A DNA stretch of 64,000 bases from an uncultured delta proteobacterium (lineage in GTDB: Bacteria; Desulfobacterota; Binatia; UBA9968): contig CAVUVW010000013.1 of assembly GCA_963745035.1 (NCBI GenBank), forward strand, positions 608,001-672,000. Reading direction: 5' to 3'. The position numbers were made by a program, and so were the translations under genes. The notes below the pieces were generated by a model. That model worked only from the letters and a program-made list of their open reading frames with translations. It searched no databases and had not been told where the DNA came from. Position 1 is the first letter of the stretch. Every line of letters begins with the position of its first letter. Of the stretch, positions 29,670-39,639 are shown piece after piece.

Positions 29670-31180
29670 TGGACCTCCTGTAGCTTGCGACGTAATAGCT
29701 TGCCCGTGCTGTTTTTTGGCAGCTCGGGAATCAACACCACCGAGAACGGCACCTTATAGCTGGGCAGATTGCGCGCGCAATGTTGGACGATTTGCTTGCT
29801 GCGGAGACCGTTCTGCTCCGCCGGTATGACAAACGCTTTCGCCACCTGTCCCAATATACCGTGCGCGACGCCGACCACGGCCACTTCTGCAACTTCCGGC
29901 ATCTGGCGGATACAGGTCTCGACTTCTTCCGGCGCGAATTTGCGCCCGCCGCAATTGATCAAATCGTTTTTCCGGCCGCCGAGATAATAAAGCCCTCGCT
30001 CGTCCTGGTAGCCGATGTCGCCGGTGCGCAGCCAACCATCGGATACGGCGCGACGCGTGGCCTCGGGCCGATTGTGGTAGCCGAGAAAAACGTGCTCGCC
30101 GCGCACGTAGATTTCACCCTCCTCGCCAACGCCGAGTATCCGCCCGTCGTCTCCCCGCACCGACATCTCGACTCCGTCGATTGCGTGACCGATGGATTCC
30201 GAGTCGGTCAATGCCATCGCGTCCGGCAAAACCGTGCAGGTGGACGCTTCGGTCAATCCATAGGAATTCATCACCTCGATGCGAGGAAACCGGCGCTTCA
30301 CGGCGCGATAGGTTTCCGGATCGATGGGGGCGCTGGAATTGATGAGCAGCCGGAGCGAAGGGAGCGCTTCGGAGTTAAAACCATGAGACGCGAGTAACAT
30401 GCGCAGCATGGTGGGAACCGCGCGTAGACAGCTAACCCGTTCCTCCTCGATAACCGAAAGCAACCGGTGGACGTCGAACCCGTTCACCAGAACAACCGTG
30501 CCGCCCAATTGAACCAGCGGAATCATCTGACTGTTCAGGGCGCTCGAATGACTGAGCGGCATCACGACAGCGATGACGTCACTGGCTTGATAACCGAAGC
30601 CGGTGATCGAGTTGCGGGCCGCGGCCAGCACATTGGCATGGCTGCGGATGACGCCTTTTGCTTCGCCCGTGGTACCGGACGTATACATGAGTTCCGCTGG
30701 ATCACCGCTCGCGACTTGACGCGGCGCGCAATCATTGCCGAACGATTGGCTGACCCAATCACCAAAACGTTCGCCCCCATCCGGCGTCAAATCGATGCCC
30801 AATATGCCCGCGGGCGCCGGGAGCTCAACAAGGGCCTTGTGCAATTTCCCTCCGAGACTGCGATGCACGATGACATGGCGAGCGCCGGAATCGAGAAGCG
30901 TGGCTCTGATCTCTTCGGGCGTCAAGCGCTCGTCGATCGGCTGCACGACGGCGCCCGAGCTCGCGGCGGCAAAATAACTGATGACGAACTCCACGCAATT
31001 GGGCGCGAGAATGGCGACAACGGCCCCGCGGGGCATCCGCCATCGAAGTATCAAGCCCTTCATGATTCGGCGGATGTCATCGCCCGCCTGCCGATAGGTG
31101 AAGCGTCTTGCGCCATCGACCAGAGCGGTCTTTTCAGGCGCGCTCTGTTCGGCTTGAAGCCAGAGGCGATCGAGGGTCAT
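29666..31180 (-). CDS. AMP-binding (ANL family) acyl-CoA/acyl-ACP ligase
   Basis: YTSGTTGEAKG, YGLTEA, GWLRTGD and LPKNSTGK motifs. ATG at 31180 overlaps the upstream stop (ATGA). Confidence 0.92.
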   Translation of the reverse strand: MTLDRLWLQAEQSAPEKTALVDGARRFTYRQAGDDIRRIMKGLILRWRMPRGAVVAILAPNCVEFVISYFAAASSGAVVQPIDERLTPEEIRATLLDSGARHVIVHRSLGGKLHKALVELPAPAGILGIDLTPDGGERFGDWVSQSFGNDCAPRQVASGDPAELMYTSGTTGEAKGVIRSHANVLAAARNSITGFGYQASDVIAVVMPLSHSSALNSQMIPLVQLGGTVVLVNGFDVHRLLSVIEEERVSCLRAVPTMLRMLLASHGFNSEALPSLRLLINSSAPIDPETYRAVKRRFPRIEVMNSYGLTEASTCTVLPDAMALTDSESIGHAIDGVEMSVRGDDGRILGVGEEGEIYVRGEHVFLGYHNRPEATRRAVSDGWLRTGDIGYQDERGLYYLGGRKNDLINCGGRKFAPEEVETCIRQMPEVAEVAVVGVAHGILGQVAKAFVIPAEQNGLRSKQIVQHCARNLPSYKVPFSVVLIPELPKNSTGKLLRRKLQEVH

Positions 31181-31917
31181 AGCTGGGCCGCTTCCTTGCG
31201 CTTTTGCACCACGCGCGCGGGATTTCCCAAGACTACCGTCCAAGGGGGGACATCTTTGTTGACGACAGCGCCGGCGCCAACGACGCTATTGTGGCCGACC
31301 GAAACGCCGTCGAGAATAATCGCGCCGGTGCCGACCCACGCTCCGTCATGGATCGTGATGCCTTTGGCCGTACGCGCCTGGCGAATCACCGGGACATCGG
31401 GGTCGTCAGCCGCGTGACCTCCGGCCATGAGCTGCGCGCTCGAGCCGATTGAGACATTGGAGCCGATCTCGATCAGGCTCTTGCACGCAAAAAAGCAAAA
31501 CGGCCCGATTGAAACAAAATCGCCGATGCGAATCTGCGCCTCGTTGCAACTGAGAATGGATTGACGTCCGAGCAGGATTTGATTACCGAGTTGAATGCTC
31601 GACGTTGCGCCCTTGGCATCGAGCACCACGCCGTCGTCGATCATGACGCTCTCACCCAGCGAGATCCGCTTGGGAGAGCGTATCGCCAGGCCCCGCCCAA
31701 ATACGGTCCGAGCCCCGACTTGGCCAAGGATCCACGGATAGCATTTACCGCGGAGCACGTATCCCAAGGCCCCACCGAGGTTCCCGAGAACGCTGGTCAA
31801 GATTTCGTATTTTATGAATGCGGTTAAAGACTCATCACCGACAAAGATGCGCAGATACTGCTGATAAGGCGACGTATACGGATTTCCCAATTGTTCGACC
31901 AAAGGCTGCTCATTCAT
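31177..31917 (-). CDS. Hexapeptide-repeat (left-handed beta-helix) acyltransferase
   Basis: Hexapeptide repeats (IGDFVS IGPFCF, IGSNVS IGSSAQ), VGAGAVVNKDVP and GNPARV. Start at MNEQPL after GGAGGG. Confidence 0.9.
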   Translation of the reverse strand: MNEQPLVEQLGNPYTSPYQQYLRIFVGDESLTAFIKYEILTSVLGNLGGALGYVLRGKCYPWILGQVGARTVFGRGLAIRSPKRISLGESVMIDDGVVLDAKGATSSIQLGNQILLGRQSILSCNEAQIRIGDFVSIGPFCFFACKSLIEIGSNVSIGSSAQLMAGGHAADDPDVPVIRQARTAKGITIHDGAWVGTGAIILDGVSVGHNSVVGAGAVVNKDVPPWTVVLGNPARVVQKRKEAAQL

Positions 31918-32016
31918 TGCTCCACCCTCCGCGGCTCGCTCTGCATGAAAAACGAGAAAAGCCGCCCAGCCTCGGTGTCGCTCGGCCAAGACCCATCGCA
32001 ATCCGCCCGCCGATTT

Positions 32017-33958
32017 TCAGGCGGCCTTGCGATCGAGCAGTTCGCTGATCTGCTGATCAAGGGCGTCCACCGCCGCGCCATCGATGTACATGCGCCACCA
32101 TAGCTCGAGGTTGAGAAGAATCCACAATCGGTAGTTATGGTCCATTGCGCCGCTGCGGTGCTGATCGAGCAATTCGAGCATGTAAGCGCGCTCGAAATAG
32201 CCTTCTTCGCACAAGCGCGATTTCATAAACAAAGATTCGAGGACATTGCCGAGCTCCGACTTCATCCAATGGGCGAGCGGGAAGGAAAAACCTTGCTTCG
32301 ACCTCGACAGCAACTGGGGCGGCAGATAATCTTTGGCCGCCTCGCGAAAAACATGCTTCAACCGGCCGCCTTTCACTTTCAAGCGCGTCGGCGTCGCCGC
32401 GGCAAATTCCACAACACGGTAGTCCAATAGCGGCGAACGATCTTCCAGGCTGTGCGCCATGGTCATATGGTCGACGAGCATCAGCAGATGTTCGGGCATG
32501 CGGGTCATCATGTCCGTGTACAGCATCTTGTCGATCAACTCTTCCGCGCAGCTACTGTCGAAGTGCTCGAGAATGTTGGGGACGGAATCGAACGCGCCAT
32601 TCAGCTCCCGGCGTAACGAGGAGGTGAATAAACGCTCCTTGGCTTCCTGGGTAAAGCGCAGGTAGGCCATACTGTGCGCGTACCTGTTGCCGCCCGAGGT
32701 CAAGGACATGTCGTTCAGCCATCGCAGCTTTTGCGTCGTGCTGTTATAGCCGTAGGAGTCGGGCAGGAGGCGGAGCAACGCCGGGAACACGCGCTGGCGC
32801 AGCGCTCGGGGAACAAAACAATAATAGTCGACAAGGCGGTTACCGACGTAGCGATCATAGCCGGCAAATAGTTCGTCTCCGCCGTCGCCGCCCAACACCA
32901 CTTTGACGCGCGACTTGGCGAGCTCCGCCGCGAGGAAAACGCCGAAACCAAACGGGTCGGCGATTTCGTCCATGTGCCAGATGAGCTTCGGCAACAGCGA
33001 GACCAAACGATTATCGGCGATCTTCTCATAATGTTTGGTGCCGTACTTCTCGGCGACCAGACGGGCGTACGGCAGCTCGTTGAACGCCTGCCTCCTGAAC
33101 GCCGATCGAAAACGTTTGAATCGGCTGCGAAGCGGAGAGCGCCATCATCGAAGCCACCGTGCTCGAATCGATGCCGCCGCTTAGGAAAGCGCCGACCGGC
33201 ACGTCGCTCACCAAATGGGATTTGACCGCGTCCAGTAGGATCGCTTTGAGCTCCGCGACGATCTCGTCTTCGCTTCCGGCAAGCTTGTTATTGTAAACCG
33301 GCCGCCAATATCGCTGCATCTTGATCTGGCCGTTTTCAACGGTCATCCAGTGAGCCGCGGGCAGTTTGTGGATTCCTTTGAAAAGAGTTTGCGTGCCGGG
33401 CAGGTAGCGTAGTGAGATCAGGTGATTCATGGCGTCCGCGGCCATCTCGGGCTTCACCATGCCGCTTTTGAGCAGCGCCTTGATCTCGGAGGCAAAGCCG
33501 AATACGCCGTCGCGCTGAAAGAAGAAAAGCGGCTTCTGACCGATATGATCGCGCGCGAGAAACAAGCGCTGACGCGACCTGTCCCAGATCGCGAACGCAA
33601 ACATCCCGCGCAGGTGGCGCACGCAGTCGGCGCCGTGCTGCTCGTAGAGATGGACGATGACTTCGGTGTCCGTGGAAGTCTTGAACTTGTGGCCCTGGGC
33701 CTCGAGGTCGCGCCGGAGATCAAGAAAGTTGTAAATCTCGCCGTTAAAAACAATCCAAACCGTTCCGTCTTCGTTCGCGATCGGCTGCCGGCCGTGCTCG
33801 ATGTCAATAATGCTCAGCCGCCGATGCCCCAAGCCGATCGCGCCATCGAAATAATAACCCTCGTCGTCAGGACCGCGGTGCCTGAGCGTATTGCTCATCG
33901 ACCGGATCCGTTGTTCGTCAACCCTGAACGGTTGCCAAAGGCCGCTAATGCCGCACAT
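32017..33958 (-). pseudogene. asnB: Glutamine-hydrolysing asparagine synthetase-like amidotransferase, split by a +1 frameshift near 33090 as sequenced
   Basis: The first ORF has MCGISG (Ntn Cys), HRGPD, NGEIYN and FLSGGIDSS. The second has GGDELFAGY, RSPLLD and KQGF. Removing one G restores EAAFNELPYARLVA. Confidence 0.85.
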
Positions 33959-34132
33959 AACTCCGCCACCCTTGCGATTCAGCAAATCGCTGTGTTTCGA
34001 TAGCCATTGTTGAAAAACTGACTGTGCTTCGCTCGCTCGCCGCTTTTGAGCATTCTTCGGATCACTAACCCATCGCGGCGATCATCGTGCCGCGACGAAC
34101 ATCCAATAGGCGCAACTTAAGAGGCAACAGCG

Positions 34133-35134
34133 TTAGATATAGCCGTGGTTACGATACCACTCTCCCGTTCGGCCGAGTCCGGTCGGCAAGTCGACTTTGG
34201 GCCGGTAGCCAAGCTCTCGTATCGCTTTGTCGATATTGAAAGCGCGAACCTGGCGAAACCAATCCACCCGACGACGAAACAGCGGCGGCGTCATGCGAAA
34301 CGGCTTACAAACAGCTTCACAGAGGAAAGCAGCCGTCCACAACGGCCAGAAAGGCAAGTGACGGATGCGCACGGAAGCCCCCAAGGCTTTGCCGACCTCG
34401 AGCACCAAATCATTGATCGTATAATAATGCTCGTCGCCGATGATGTAGGTTTCCCCGGCTATACCTTCTTTGCTGCCGGCAAGCTCAAAGGCGTCGACCA
34501 GGTTATCAATGTAGACTGGGTGATAATATGTCCGGCCGTCGCCGAACATCAGAAACGATCCGCGTTTTGCCAATCGGAACAAGATCAAAAAGCGCTCCGG
34601 GTCGCCGGGTCCATAGATCGCCGTGGGGCGGATCGTCACCGCGTCGAGACCTTTGGCGACGTATTCCTGTACTACTTTTTCGCCTTCGTATTTGGTCAAC
34701 TGATAGTAGTCCTCGGGTACGATGGGCGATTGCTCACTCCCCGGCGGGGTCTTGATGTGGCCATGTACACCTTGGGTGCTGCAATACACGAACCGGCGTA
34801 CCTTGGCCCGGTGCGCCACGTCCAGCAGATGCCGCGTGCCCTCTACGTTCACGTCCCAGTAGTACCGCTCGGGAACGTTCAGCTGCCGAAACGCCGCGGC
34901 AATGTGGTATACAAGCTCGCAACCCGACATCAGCTTTTCGCTCAGGTGCTTGTCGGTAATGCTGCCCAGCTCGATCTTTGCGCCCAACTGCTTGAGCTCG
35001 TCGTAGAACAGTCCCTTCTGATTATCGACGACCAGAACGTCATGGCCCTTTGTCAGCAGTCGTCTAACCAGGTGGCTTCCGGTAAAACCGGTTCCTCCAG
35101 TAACGAATATTTTCATGGTATGATCTTTCGACAC
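34133..35134 (-). CDS. NAD-dependent epimerase/dehydratase (3-beta-HSD-like extended SDR)
   Basis: VTGGTGFTGS, YQLTK and RPTAIYGPGD motifs. Confidence 0.9.
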   Translation of the reverse strand: MSKDHTMKIFVTGGTGFTGSHLVRRLLTKGHDVLVVDNQKGLFYDELKQLGAKIELGSITDKHLSEKLMSGCELVYHIAAAFRQLNVPERYYWDVNVEGTRHLLDVAHRAKVRRFVYCSTQGVHGHIKTPPGSEQSPIVPEDYYQLTKYEGEKVVQEYVAKGLDAVTIRPTAIYGPGDPERFLILFRLAKRGSFLMFGDGRTYYHPVYIDNLVDAFELAGSKEGIAGETYIIGDEHYYTINDLVLEVGKALGASVRIRHLPFWPLWTAAFLCEAVCKPFRMTPPLFRRRVDWFRQVRAFNIDKAIRELGYRPKVDLPTGLGRTGEWYRNHGYI

Positions 35135-36144
35135 TCCGGCAGAAATTCTTTCAGCCAGATCTTCGGCATATTTTTCGTAACTTCGATTTGTCCGAAACGT
35201 TTACTGTGCTTGGCTCCGACCGCGCGAGCCCAGTCCGCCATCTTTACCAAACCCTCTTCCAGCGGAACCTTCGCCGCGTAATCGAAGACGTCGTTGAGGC
35301 GCTCATGGCTCGAGAACGCATGCTTGACCTCGTCTCGCGCATCGAGATACACGACGTTGAGCGCTGTCCCCATGGCGGCCGCGACCTTCTCGGCGAGCTC
35401 GTTGACCGTGTAGGGAACGTCGGCGCCGACGTTGAAGATCTGATTTTGCGCTCTGGGATTGAACGGCGCATCGGCAATGACCGGAACCACGTCGCCCACG
35501 CAGGTAAACGCCCTGCGCTGTTCGCCGTCCCCGAAAATGGTCATCGGCCGCGACTGCATGATCTGGTTCATGAAAATGCCGACCACGTTGCGATACCGAT
35601 CGCCGATGTTCTGCCGCTCGCCGTAAACGTTGTGTGGGCGGAAGATCACATGATTCAACCCGAACATTTTGTGGCTGACTCGCAGCTCCTGTTCGACGGC
35701 CAGCTTCGCCACGCCATAGGGATCTTCCGGCACCGGGGTCATTTCTTCGGTCATGGGCACCTGATTTTGCCCGTACACCGCGATCGACGAGGTAAACACG
35801 AAGCATTTGACGTCGTGGTGAATGGAGGCGTTGATCAGGTTGACACTGCCGATCAGGTTATTCTCGTAATTGAACCTCTTGATGAAATGACTGAGACCTT
35901 CAGCCGCATAGGCGGCCAGGTGAAAAACGTATGCGAACCGGTTGCGCGAAAACAGCGCATTGATCAGGTGATGATCCGTGATGCTGCCGTTGACGAACTG
36001 GGCCCGCCGGTCGATGTTCTCGACAAATCCGCCGCTCAGGTCATCCAGGACCGTGACCGCGTGGCCCTGATCGAGTAGGTGACTTGCTAAATGGGAGCCT
36101 ATGAAACCGGCTCCGCCCGTAACCAAGACTTGCGCCTTCTCCAT
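35113..36144 (-). CDS. NAD-dependent nucleotide-sugar epimerase/dehydratase
   Basis: VTGGAGFIGS, HLAAYAAEGLS, YGVAK and RPHNVYG motifs. Start at MEKAQ after AAGGAG. Confidence 0.9.
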   Translation of the reverse strand: MEKAQVLVTGGAGFIGSHLASHLLDQGHAVTVLDDLSGGFVENIDRRAQFVNGSITDHHLINALFSRNRFAYVFHLAAYAAEGLSHFIKRFNYENNLIGSVNLINASIHHDVKCFVFTSSIAVYGQNQVPMTEEMTPVPEDPYGVAKLAVEQELRVSHKMFGLNHVIFRPHNVYGERQNIGDRYRNVVGIFMNQIMQSRPMTIFGDGEQRRAFTCVGDVVPVIADAPFNPRAQNQIFNVGADVPYTVNELAEKVAAAMGTALNVVYLDARDEVKHAFSSHERLNDVFDYAAKVPLEEGLVKMADWARAVGAKHSKRFGQIEVTKNMPKIWLKEFLPECRKIIP

Positions 36145-37379
36145 TTTGTTGCTCCTTTGACAGATTGCGCGGTTGCTTTCGTATGGAATTGTAAATATCG
36201 GCCAGCCGGCGCGCCACTCCCGACCAGGAATGCTCATTGGCGGCTTTTTGCCGGCTCATCTTCGCAAGCTCCGCCGACCGTTCATGATTCGTCAAAACCC
36301 CGATCAGCGCTTCGGCGAGCGACGTGACGTCACCCATCTTTGCGTAGACGCCGACGTGGCCCAATATTTCGCGGTTGATCGGAGTGTCGAAGACGACCGT
36401 CGGCAAACCCATCGCCATGTAGCCGAACAGCTTCAGATTGGCTTCGGTTGTCGAGATTTTCGGTGACACCGCCACGTCGGCGATCGAGAGATATCGGGGC
36501 ACGTCCTCGTAAGAAATTTTTCCGGTAAAATGGGTCCACTTTTCGATTTGCAGGCAGCGCGCCTTCTCGCGATAGTGCTGCTCGTTCGGATATCCGACGA
36601 TGACGAACTTGACGTGCTCGACCTTTTGTACCACCAGAGGAACCGCCTCGAGCAGCAGGTCGATGCCTTGATACTCGGTCAACACGCCGACGAACATCAC
36701 CACTTTACTAGTCATTGTCGCCTCGCATCGTCGCAATGCCCAAAGATGTCCGGAGCTCGATATCCTTTTCGAGCGGGCGGAAAATATCCAGATCGACGCC
36801 GTCCATTACCGAAGTCACGCGTTCGGCGGCAATCCCATAGAGATTCACACAGGCCTGCGCCGTATGGGTCGAGCTAACGATCAGATGCGCGGGCATTTGG
36901 TTGACCATGCGTTCGATCCAGCTCACGAACCTGACGAGCGGCGCGTTATCGGGCAGGAACCGATGAGCAAGCAACTCATCGGTAAGGCTGCCCTGCAAAT
37001 CCGCGACCAAGGGAATGCGAAAGATCACGCTAGCGATTTTGCCGATCACGATTCCTTCATGGAGATGGGCATGGATTATGTCGGGCCGAAAGCTGCGGCA
37101 CGTCCGCAGCACCGTCCACAGCAGCAACAGATCGATATAGAACTTGTGCCACGAAGGACCGGCCGAGAGCTTGCCGTACCATGGAACTCTCATCGTCCGC
37201 GCCGTGGGAATGCCTTCCACATCGCGGCCCAAAAAATACGTGCAAAGGGTCACTTGATGTCCCATCTCGATCAGCGCCTTGGCTTCCCCCAGGATGCGGA
37301 CGTGGCATCCGCGATCCGCGAAAAACGGCGTCGGGGCGATCATCAAAATGCGTTGGCTTCGAACCTCAGATGTTTTCAT
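36041..37379 (-). pseudogene. GT4 glycosyltransferase, split by a net +1 frameshift near 36710-36735 as sequenced
   Basis: N-half has APTPFFADRGCHVRI and HAHLHEG. C-half has FVGVLTEYQGID and SPKISTTEANLKLFGYMAMG. Confidence 0.8.
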
Positions 37380-39048
37380 GCATCGGTCCCATAAAGTTCC
37401 GTTGAACTTCTTCCAGCTCCGCCGACATCCTTTGCCGGCTCCAACCTAACTCGGCTGCCATGATCTTGGCGCACGACGAAAGCGCGTGATCGCCGGGGTG
37501 CCCGGCGGTTCCCAGATTGGTGCGCCTGAAAACGATATCTGCGAGCTTTTGCGCCATCTCGACGCGCACGCCGTGGAGCACTTCGGCTTTGATGACCGGG
37601 GAGTCGGCCGCGACGCGCTCGAGACATTGTGGCTGGGCATCGCCATGGCGGAGCACTTCACCGTATGCCGCTCCATGGGTCTCGACCAAATGGCGCAAGA
37701 TTTCGGCATCCACCCGAGCGGGCCGCTCCCGCAAGGCTCGGGACAACAATGCCTCGACGTCTTCCCCGGCTCCGCAAAGTGGGATTTCCGAAGTGCTACA
37801 ACGAGGTGCGCGCCTGTCGAGCTTCTTAAAAATCAGATTGACCGTCTGCTCGGCGACTTGCCTGGCAGTCGTGTACTTCACCCCGACGATGGAGACCAAA
37901 CCGTCGATCCCATTATCGATGGCGTGATCACGGATTTCGTGATGTTTTTTGAGCTGGACGTCGCCACCTCGGGCGTCTCCTTCCGCGGGAACCAATCCAC
38001 GAAAGATTGCTACGACGTCTGCGCGCTCCAGCCGCGGCGTCGGAAAAGCTGTATTGATCTCCCGGATCGCCTCGCCGATTTCGGCTTCGCTGACCGTCAG
38101 AGCTTCGGGAGGGCCGTCGTGCGGCCTTTGAAAAGTGCCGACCAGGGACCACTTACGCCAAGGCGTTACGAAGAAATAACGAAATCCCTTCTTGACCATC
38201 GCGTCTGCATCGCTGTACGAGAACCGGCTCGGCACGCCAACCGCGATCTTCCCGGCGATAATCGGACGGGTAACGAGCACCATCGACTTGCACAAAGCCT
38301 GGTTCTGGGTGCTTGCGTACCTGAGCGGTTCGAGCAACTGCGCGGCCCAAGGCCCTGCGCAGTTGACGACCATGCGCGCGCGCACGGTCAAGGCATCGCC
38401 GGTCAACAAGTCCTTAAGATGGACGCCGGTCACGCGCGCACCTTCGCACACAAAGCCGCCGGCCTCGACGTAATTGGCAACCTCGGCGCCAGCGTCTACG
38501 GCCGAGCGCAGCAACGCAAGATTCAATCGGCCCGGATTTTCGACCTGCGCGTCGCAAAACAGCGCCCCTCCCGTTATGTCGGGCTGATCCAGCCCCGAAC
38601 AAATCTCCAGACACTCGGCCCTCGAGATCACCCGGCCGGCCGGGATTTGCTGGCGCGTCGGCAAATCACGGTTGCGGTCCGTGCCCACCCAATCGTTGAG
38701 CTTCAGCGCCGCGGACATCAGCAGTTTTCCCCGCAACAGCCGCTTATAGGTCGGGATGAGAAACGGTAACGGTCGGACCAGATGGGGAGCGATGCGCAAA
38801 AGAATACTGCGCTCGCGAATCGACTCGCGCATGCGCTTAAGATCGCCGTGCTGCAAATAGCGTAGCCCGCCATGAATGATCCGATGATGATTCGACGAGG
38901 TGGCATGGCCAAAATCGCCCCGGTCCACCAAAGCCACCCGAAGTCCTCTGAGAGCCGCGTCCCGCGCCACGCTGATGCCATATATCCCGGCACCGATGAT
39001 CGCGATATCAAAGATCGTATCGGCTAGCGCGGCTGGATTTCTTTTCAA
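37366..39048 (-). CDS. FAD-dependent glycerol-3-phosphate dehydrogenase/oxidase family oxidoreductase
   Basis: IIGAGIYG, DFGHATSS, IHGGLRYL, VNCAGPW, GVKYTTAR and DIVFRRT motifs. Family similarity begins at TTG 39048 (track ORF extends to 39171). Confidence 0.85.
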   Translation of the reverse strand: MKRNPAALADTIFDIAIIGAGIYGISVARDAALRGLRVALVDRGDFGHATSSNHHRIIHGGLRYLQHGDLKRMRESIRERSILLRIAPHLVRPLPFLIPTYKRLLRGKLLMSAALKLNDWVGTDRNRDLPTRQQIPAGRVISRAECLEICSGLDQPDITGGALFCDAQVENPGRLNLALLRSAVDAGAEVANYVEAGGFVCEGARVTGVHLKDLLTGDALTVRARMVVNCAGPWAAQLLEPLRYASTQNQALCKSMVLVTRPIIAGKIAVGVPSRFSYSDADAMVKKGFRYFFVTPWRKWSLVGTFQRPHDGPPEALTVSEAEIGEAIREINTAFPTPRLERADVVAIFRGLVPAEGDARGGDVQLKKHHEIRDHAIDNGIDGLVSIVGVKYTTARQVAEQTVNLIFKKLDRRAPRCSTSEIPLCGAGEDVEALLSRALRERPARVDAEILRHLVETHGAAYGEVLRHGDAQPQCLERVAADSPVIKAEVLHGVRVEMAQKLADIVFRRTNLGTAGHPGDHALSSCAKIMAAELGWSRQRMSAELEEVQRNFMGPMHENI

Positions 39049-39267
39049 GGCTGCGCTTTGTAAGACCGCATCAGGACGGAGGGTGTCAGGGAAAGCGCTG
39101 GCTACCGGCAGACTCGATGAAGCTCCGCCCATAACGTCCAATAAGGCGTGAGCCGATAAACCGAAGGGCATGTGACTCTGTGCTGCTGTCAGGTCCCCGC
39201 GGACCTGTAAGTCGAACGCGCGGCCAAATCCACGCGAACGACTTCATCAAACAATTTACTGTACTGT

Positions 39268-39373
39268 CGCTTTCGGCGGCCCGGCTGTCGGCAAGCCTTC
39301 GGTTACCTACCGAAGTCCATTTGACCCGTGGCTTTCCGCCCTTCCTTCTCGGGAAGTTCGGCTTTTTCAGGCG
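39268..39373 (-). ncRNA. GEMM-I (c-di-GMP-I class) riboswitch, G20 variant
   Basis: Minus strand reads G-CCGAA-CTTCCC-GAGA-AGGAAG-GGCGGAAAGCC-ACGGGTC...GACAGCCGGGCCGCCGA: P2 with a GNRA loop, GAAAG junction, P3 and conserved CC. Position-20 base is G (39362). Confidence 0.82.
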
Positions 39374-39388
39374 AGTAGCAAGCCTGAG

Positions 39389-39405
39389 CGCAAGCTCGGT
39401 GCCAA
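39389..39405 (-). promoter_or_regulatory. Sigma-54 promoter directly upstream of the riboswitch
   Basis: Minus strand TTGGCAC-CGAGC-TTGCG. The predicted start site (about 39378) falls at the 5' end of the aptamer. Confidence 0.85.
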
Positions 39406-39639
39406 AGCCAATTGGCTGGAATTAAAGGAATTTTTGACCAGACTTTTGTGGTATTTGCCAGCCTTGGCAGATGCCATCATGACAGTGGCAGCCAGCAGCG
39501 TCAGTCATTTAGTTGTAAGATGGCGAAAATATTGTTGTTTGCGGCCTTGGGATGAAGAACTCAAGGGGAGCGGCGAAACGGGTCGCGGCGCCAAACTTTA
39601 CTTTCAGTTCGCGCTTCTATGGCTAATTTGCCCGGTGCT

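Noticed and set aside
34145-35281. Long plus-strand ORFs (378 aa here; also 37486-38769, 30467-31417, 35188-36078, 41512-42384)
   Set aside because: They are antisense shadows of well-supported minus-strand genes in GC-rich DNA and have no recognisable motifs.
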